64,000 bases of DNA from Owenia fusiformis (Eukaryota), in the NCBI GenBank assembly GCA_903813345.2, contig CAIIXF020000001.1, positions 40,486,001-40,550,000 of the forward strand, in the 5' to 3' direction. Shown in pieces: positions 57,318 through 64,000 of this stretch (position 1 is its first letter; each line of letters opens with the position of its first letter). The translations under genes were made by a program, and so were the position numbers. The notes below the pieces were generated by a model that was not told where the DNA came from, ran no database searches, and saw only the letters and a list, made by a program, of their open reading frames with translations.

Positions 57318-59987
57318 CCATGATGTGTGATGTCTTAGTTGGTTGTCCTAGAATAGCCTCAGGGAAGGAGTTGCGCCTGCTGACAGGTACCTGGCCTATG
57401 TTGAAAGGACTTCCTCTGCTGCTGTGGAGCACAACTGGGCTGCTTCTATTGTTACCTGTAGATCCCTGGGATTGGCCGGGGATATGAACTCCATAGCTAA
57501 GCTGACTGGGGCTATTGCTTACCCCTGGATACCCTGGATGTTGTAAACTAGTACTGACCCCTGGATGTTGTAAACTAGTACTGACCCCTGGCTGTAGAGG
57601 GCTTGTGTGATTCTCATATACATGTCCATACACCCCTGGAATCAGAGGACTGTTTCTATTGGTACAACCTGGACTGTTCCGACTATTTCTTTCATTCTCA
57701 TTACAACCAATTATTGGACTATTCCTATTTACATGAATTTTACCTTTCTGATAGTCTGAATCACAATTCAAAATTGTTTTTGTTCTTTCTGGATGATCCT
57801 GAGGTACATGCCATGTAGGTCCATTCAACATTGGAAGTGATTTCTCAACTTCAGTTTTAGTGTTTTGTTTCTCCATGAAATCATAATGTTCAGTTTTAGG
57901 TTCTTGAGAAAGTAAACCTTTAGAGAACAATTTCCCATGGCCTAACACTTCCTCCATTTTATTCAAACTCTCCTTTAAAAGTCCAGGAGGGGGTATCTTA
58001 TCAGTAAGTTTATTTGAAGTAAGCCTTTTACTTAGATCAGGGGTATTTTGATCCAATGCATATGCCACAGTTATTGAGGTGGCTGGCTTACCAGATTGAA
58101 CTACAGTTTGTTTAACACTTCTACCCTCTTCATCCTGATGTAGGGTAGAACTGGTTTCATCGAAGGGGTAATTGCCAAGGGATGTATGTGCGCCCTGAGT
58201 GCCATCACTAACTGATTTCAAAGCATCTTCTGGAGGTGAATTATGAGATGATTCTGATGTCATTGACACTCCAGAGTCAACTGATGGATTTGACATCCCC
58301 AAGCCATTGTCTGATAACTGTAAATGTCTGACAGTTGGGTCAACTAAAGGGCCGTTAGTGGAGGGTGGTGACGCTGTGACTGAACTAGGCACAACACAAA
58401 CTCTGGAGGGTGACCCCATACTATTAACACTTGATGTTGCAATGTCACTTTCATCATTTTTTGTTTCACTTGTTACATACTCCTTGCTATTTTTCCGCAC
58501 CAGCTTAAGTTTCAGTTTCGGTATTTCTTGCCTTGGCATTGGAGGGCTAAGCTGTTCCTCTATTTTTGGCTTGGTAGGTTCCTCTGACCGTGGAGGTTTG
58601 GGATGGGTAATTGGAACGGCCATTTGATTTTGAGGTGTTGTATTTGCTATAGGTGGTCGAGGAGCTGCTATTGTATCTGTAACACTAGCAGGCAAACTGT
58701 TTGTTGAGGTAACCTGGTTTTGGACATTAGATGTAGCATGGAGTCTATATTGGGGTATGCTGGTTGGGATGCCTCTAGCACTTGGAGGAGACCCTTTATC
58801 ATGTGCATGTTTCTCTGGGCTTATCAATTCACCTAATTGTTCTACTTTTTCTCTTGGTTCTAACTGCCCTGTGTAAGGGTTTATAATACAATCCTGACGT
58901 CCCTCTAAAGTTGATCTCTCAGTCGTATAGGGATTCGGAACAATATCAATGCGGATACCATCATCGTTGGAAACTGGTTTGGGTTTTGGTTTCCTTGGCT
59001 TTCGTTTCCGCTTAGGTGGCTGTTGTGGTACATCCAGTCCATGAGGTGGAGGCATCCTGTTAACAGGGAAATTGTTAATATGCATGTGAGGGGGATGAGG
59101 GGGATTTCCCTGGTGTGAAACCACATGACCTCCAGATAGGTCTGTCTGTAACAGGTTAACCAAAAGGGGACTGGAATTTGTTATACTGCCAGTACTGTCC
59201 ATACCTGGCATAGGTTTGCCCTGTGAGTGAGCCACAACAGGGCGTTGATGTCCATTACCATGAGGGTAGGGATGAGGGAAGTGGATACGTCCACCAGGGG
59301 AGGGTGGTCCTGTACTAGGCGATCCGGGGAGTTTAGGGCTCACTGGACTTGATTGTTGGCTGCGACTGGACCCGGGTGAGGAGAAATGCTGTGGCGTGGA
59401 TGATGGTGAAGGGTAATTGGTTGGACTGCGTCCTGGTGGCAGTAACATACCACCTACAGCATGGCTTGGACTCCTACCAGGTGACGTAAAGCTAGTCACA
59501 CTAGAACTCACAGGCCTGAATGGTATAGGATCAGTCGTAGTTGCAATTGTATTTGGTGATTTAAATACCTCCCCAGTAGTTGGGCCTGCCTGACTCACAG
59601 TAAACAGAGAGTCAAATAAACTTGTTGCTGGTCCACCTTGGCTCAGATACTGAGCGATGTTCCTACGTGTTGTATCACTTGGCCCAGGCACACTGGGACC
59701 TTCCTCAGAACTTGACATATCGAACACAGAGCCTGGTGCTTTAGTAGCCTTACTAGGCCCAGTTCTAAAAACCAACTCAGTTGTCTCATTGTTTTTACCA
59801 GCAATTGTTAAACTAATGGCACGATCTCCTTCTATTTGCACAGCCATAATCCCTAGTTCTCGCAACGTCCGATCTCCTTGCTCCGCAAGCTGCTTCAGTC
59901 GCAATGCTGCCTCTTTTGGTATGTTAAACGTTACACGGACACTATTCCAGGGTTCCACTTTCTTGATGATCAGTCTTCTTTCTTTAT
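57318..59987 (-). CDS. NCOA6: NCOA6-like, coding exon 2 (2670 nt)
   Basis: KVEPWNSVRVTFNIPKEAA..L..LA..LRELGI..VQIEG is the NCOA6 N-terminal conserved domain; SPLLVNLLQTD is the NCOA6 LxxLL NR box; acceptor ttcttccAG, donor G|GTAAGA. Confidence 0.93.
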
Positions 59988-60834
59988 CTGGAAGAACAGA
60001 ACAGTAATTGTAAGTTGCTTTATAAAAATTACTGGAAGGTTTTCTAGATGAATAATACTTTTGAATGCAGATTCTGTCTAGAGGGGAAAAGATTATATGC
60101 TAGAAAAAAAGTATACCAGTATCATGGACAATTTTTTTTGCTGGAGATTATCATTATTTTTTGTTATGATTTCATTATTTTCCAAGTGAATATATCCAAT
60201 TTCTCATTTTCACACAACAAAACTATTTGTTAAATTTTAGAAGACACTTTCTTTGCTCTATACATATATGAGTATCAGTCTTATCTATTTTTTCTATTTG
60301 CAATTACGCACATGCGTTAGCACATCTGATAGTCTATAACACAGTGTGTATAACACAATCCCAACTCAAACTTTTACTTGTAACATCTATCACTCCTTTG
60401 TGTATAATAATTAATCAAAGTACACATTGTAATAAGGTTAATTCCAACCATCCCTGTACAACAAATGCACCAGGAAATGCCTTTGATACCAGCTATATCA
60501 ATGTTGGCCTACCCTGAATCAGCAGAATGTAGACCCTACCCTCTGATTGGAATTTGTTGTTTTACAGTTAGGATCAAATCAGTCAGCTGACTATCTTTGG
60601 CTTGAGGAGTGGAGATATTTATTAATGATGTGAAAAATGTGCAGTGACACAAAATTATCAGATTACTTTTGCAAGGTGTAATCATATCCTTATAGGCTCT
60701 TAGTACGTAAAAATATATAGTCTGGATCTCAACAAATGTTCATATTGAAACTGAAATAAGAGCAAAATTCAAATTTAAAACAAAGCATTAACATGACAAA
60801 ATGTCACCACCTAGTTGCTCACAATACTATAAGT

Positions 60835-61140
60835 TCAATTTTAAGTCAGATTTGAATTTCTGAGAAGATGATTTTGGAAAAATAAATTGGTCAATTTGAA
60901 GCAAGTTGAAAAAAGACTTTTTTCATCCTGAGGTCGTTGAAGGTGAAATCTCATATCTAAAGTTGTACTTGAACTTCTGAGAATTTGTAGATGATTTTGA
61001 AAAAAATTGGTCAATTTGAAGCAAGTTGAAAAAAGATCTTTTGACCTTTTTTGACATTGAGAAGGTAATAGAAGGTCAAATCTTAAATCTACAGTCAGAT
61101 TTGAGCTTCTGAAAACTTGAAGATGATTTTGAAAAAAAGT
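60835..61140. repeat. Diverged short tandem repeat (2-3 units, ~120-130 bp)
   Basis: Recurrent agatgattttg..aaattggtcaatttgaagcaagttgaaaaaaga. Confidence 0.6.
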
Positions 61141-62209
61141 AAAGCCAGTCTAAACAGTATTTGTTAAGTTATTGGAAGTTGTAAGAATTTGTTACAGATG
61201 CCAACCGCAGATCACCAACCGCCAATTGCCAACCACAACCCGACATCACAAAAAATTGAGACCATAAGAATTTGTCACCAATTTTTGGTGGAGACATATT
61301 TATAAATATTATTTCATATAACAGGTGTTTTGATGTGGTGTTCACGAGTTCACTAGAGTCTGAGGTATTCACTAAGACGGGCTTTACTATACATTCAAAA
61401 CAAATCAATGCAATTATCTAAGGCATCTTGAAAATTCTATGTTTATGTTTATGTTTATTTCCTTTTTTAAATACATACAAATATACAATACATGAGTGGG
61501 TGACACTTTAAAATCGTTCATATCTAGAAACAACCCTATAAGATTGTAATTAATTTCACTGGTAGATATGGTAGTGGTATTACATTCTCAAGGACAAGGA
61601 CTCAAGGACAATAACATCAATTTGGTTATTTCTATTTGAAGTTATCAAACAAAATTCTGAAAGTTTTATATTGCAACCTCTATTTTATTTTTCAGGAATT
61701 GCCATATTGGCTAATCTAAGGTATGATGGTTAAATTGGATTAACCTGAATTACATTAGATTCCCATCAAAATAATTGGAGATTTGAGAATCAACATATAC
61801 AGTACATGCATTGAAGAATGAAAAACCTTGGTGCAAGTCATTTAATTACTTTGCAGTGACATATCAATCTTAACAGTCTACTACTATATGTACTATCAAC
61901 CAACTGACAGAAAAAAATTTTCTGTAAACTATAAAAAGTCCTCCTTAGTAAGCAGCAGAGTAAGTTAGCAGAGAACTCCTTCCAACATTTTCTAACAATG
62001 CTTTAACACACAGGATGTTGCATTGTTTGCCCATATTGTAGATGTTCCAGCCCCCAGTAGGATGACATTGGGGGATCAGGATGCATATATCTTGATAGAA
62101 GATTGGTCATTCTACTTTTACTTATACTTTTTGTGATGCCAAATTGCTTAAGGCAAATAACTTCAGCCAAGGTTATTATTTGGTATAATATATTTCAAAT
62201 TATACTTAC

Positions 62210-62342
62210 CAGTCTGAATCAATTGCTGCAATCTATTGCTGAGGGATAACAGTTGACTGTGGAACTCTGGGTCATAGAAGTCTCCTTTGCATGTCAACTG
62301 TGCCTCGACGTATTCCTCATCGTGAGGACCCATGATGACCAT
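62210..62342 (-). CDS. NCOA6: NCOA6-like, first coding exon
   Basis: MVIMGPHDEEYVEAQLTCKGDFYDPEFHSQLLSLSNRLQQLIQT; acceptor at 62359-62358; donor G|GTAAGT in phase 1 joins in frame to ..DKERRLIIKKVEPW; exact start ATG uncertain. Confidence 0.8.
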
Positions 62343-64000
62343 GCACCTCACACAAACCTGAAATTAAACAAAAGCAATGTAATAATAAATAGCTCATAAA
62401 TGTCATAGCTTATAGGTGATGAATTTTCAACCAGGGTTTAAGTTCTTTGATTGTTTAAATTACATTGACAGAATTCAAAAAATGATAAAACTTTACAATA
62501 TATATGTTTCAAAAAAGGTAGGTCAAATGAGGTCAAAAGTAGGCCATATTGAGCTGAGGGGTATCTTTAGTTTCTAGAATTTTTTGCAATGGGGCATTTA
62601 CGATGAACACTTGATAGCAGACACTAGTGCAAGTAGCTGAAACATGTTGAGCATGTTCTTATTTAAAGAACATGCTAAAAAATGTATTTTCTAATTGTGG
62701 TTCAGACTTAAGGCGATTTTGATCTGTTCCCTAAATCACTGGTCTGATAAACAAAATTAAAATAGAAAAATAAGAAAAATGGTAAAATAGAATGGAAATT
62801 CTTACCCTCCTACCCTGGGTTTATATATCTTAAATTCATGTGAGATGTTTTGTTATTATACAACAACCTTTTTCTAAAATGTTTGAATATATATGCCGGT
62901 CAATGTGCTACCACTCGAGGTCAACATGACATATTTTTAACACTTTCATTCTACTTAATGATAATAAACCAGATTTACAGTAGCCATAAAATTACATATC
63001 AATTTTTTTTCATAAATTGCTCCTATGCTATTAATCAAGGGTCAAATAAAGGCTGATGATCCTCAACTCTGCAATATGCAATATATTTTTTTAATATATT
63101 CATTGTTGGCATTACGTAATTGGGGGAGCATTGTTAAGATGCAGAGGGGGAGAAACACCAGGGTTCAAAGATGACATACGCTTATAATGTAAATCTGTAT
63201 TGAGATGACATCGTCGCTGATTGGTCAAAAGTCGACAAACAAATGTCGTCAACAATGGCGGTTTCAAAATTTTCGAAATACGCTTCGAATAATATTATGT
63301 TCATTTCTGGCACGTAAACCAATATCATAGCTTCTCATTTCACATCAAGATAAAGAAAGGTGTACGGAATATGCCTATATCAATTAAAACATCCCATCGA
63401 AGTGTAGTATTTGATAACTTGCCGATGAAAATTCGAACGAACGAAGGTGGTAGGCAAGAGAGGTAATTATGTCTGTCATCTTTAAACTCTGGGGCTTTCC
63501 CTCCTCTTGTTAAGATGGGTGAACATTTAACTAAGTTAAGATAATGAGGATTATCCCGAAGCAGACACCATGTGAATGATATATATATATTAGTCACTAA
63601 TACGTAATGGTATGATTAGTGGGAGTGATAATTATCAGTGGTGAATTTCACTTAACTATTAACCATTACATAAGTACCAAACTGCATGAATTGTAGCCTA
63701 TCATCAGAATAACTTTTATCCAAGCTCTTTTTGCAGTTCCATTTTGGAATATGCCATAGATTTCCATAGTGATTTTTAAAAAATCCAATATCTGATTCCA
63801 TCTCAGCCAAAATCCTGTATCAGAACTATTCCTGGGATTTGGCTTGATACAATTTTTGTCATATACTTCTAAAACTTATTAATACACCCTTGGTATACGG
63901 AGCTAACGGAAATGGATCGGTATGGACGCAAAAGCTGAATCTGTTTAGAATAACGCTTATATTTGAATTTAAAACAGTCATAACTTTCTCAATATTGACT

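Overview
AT-rich eukaryotic DNA, most likely an invertebrate animal (organism not identifiable from sequence alone). The centrepiece is an intact, very young 14.4-kb Ty3/Gypsy LTR retrotransposon on the minus strand (21635-36013). It has 2522-bp LTRs that differ at only two positions I could find and a 4-bp GAAT target-site duplication. It is organised like a complex retrovirus. Gag and pol are joined by a -1 slippery site with an H-type pseudoknot. In the env position sits a third ORF that has no ATG upstream of its zinc fingers and is headed by a splice acceptor; it encodes three C2H2 zinc fingers plus CtBP-like and PCNA PIP-box-like motifs. Inside each LTR is a small C3HC4 RING-finger ORF with its own candidate splice acceptor, Kozak ATG and four tandem poly(A) signals. 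Host genes are an ETS1/2/Pointed-like gene with an intronless CDS (43204-44748, +) and a five-coding-exon NCOA6-like gene (62342-49635, -). The remainder is rich in non-autonomous elements: five CAC...GTG elements with 5-bp TSDs, other MITEs, Helentron-like HINEs, a CR1-like LINE fragment, a probable SINE, satellites and a local duplication. All splice and expression models are inferred by eye and have no transcript support.
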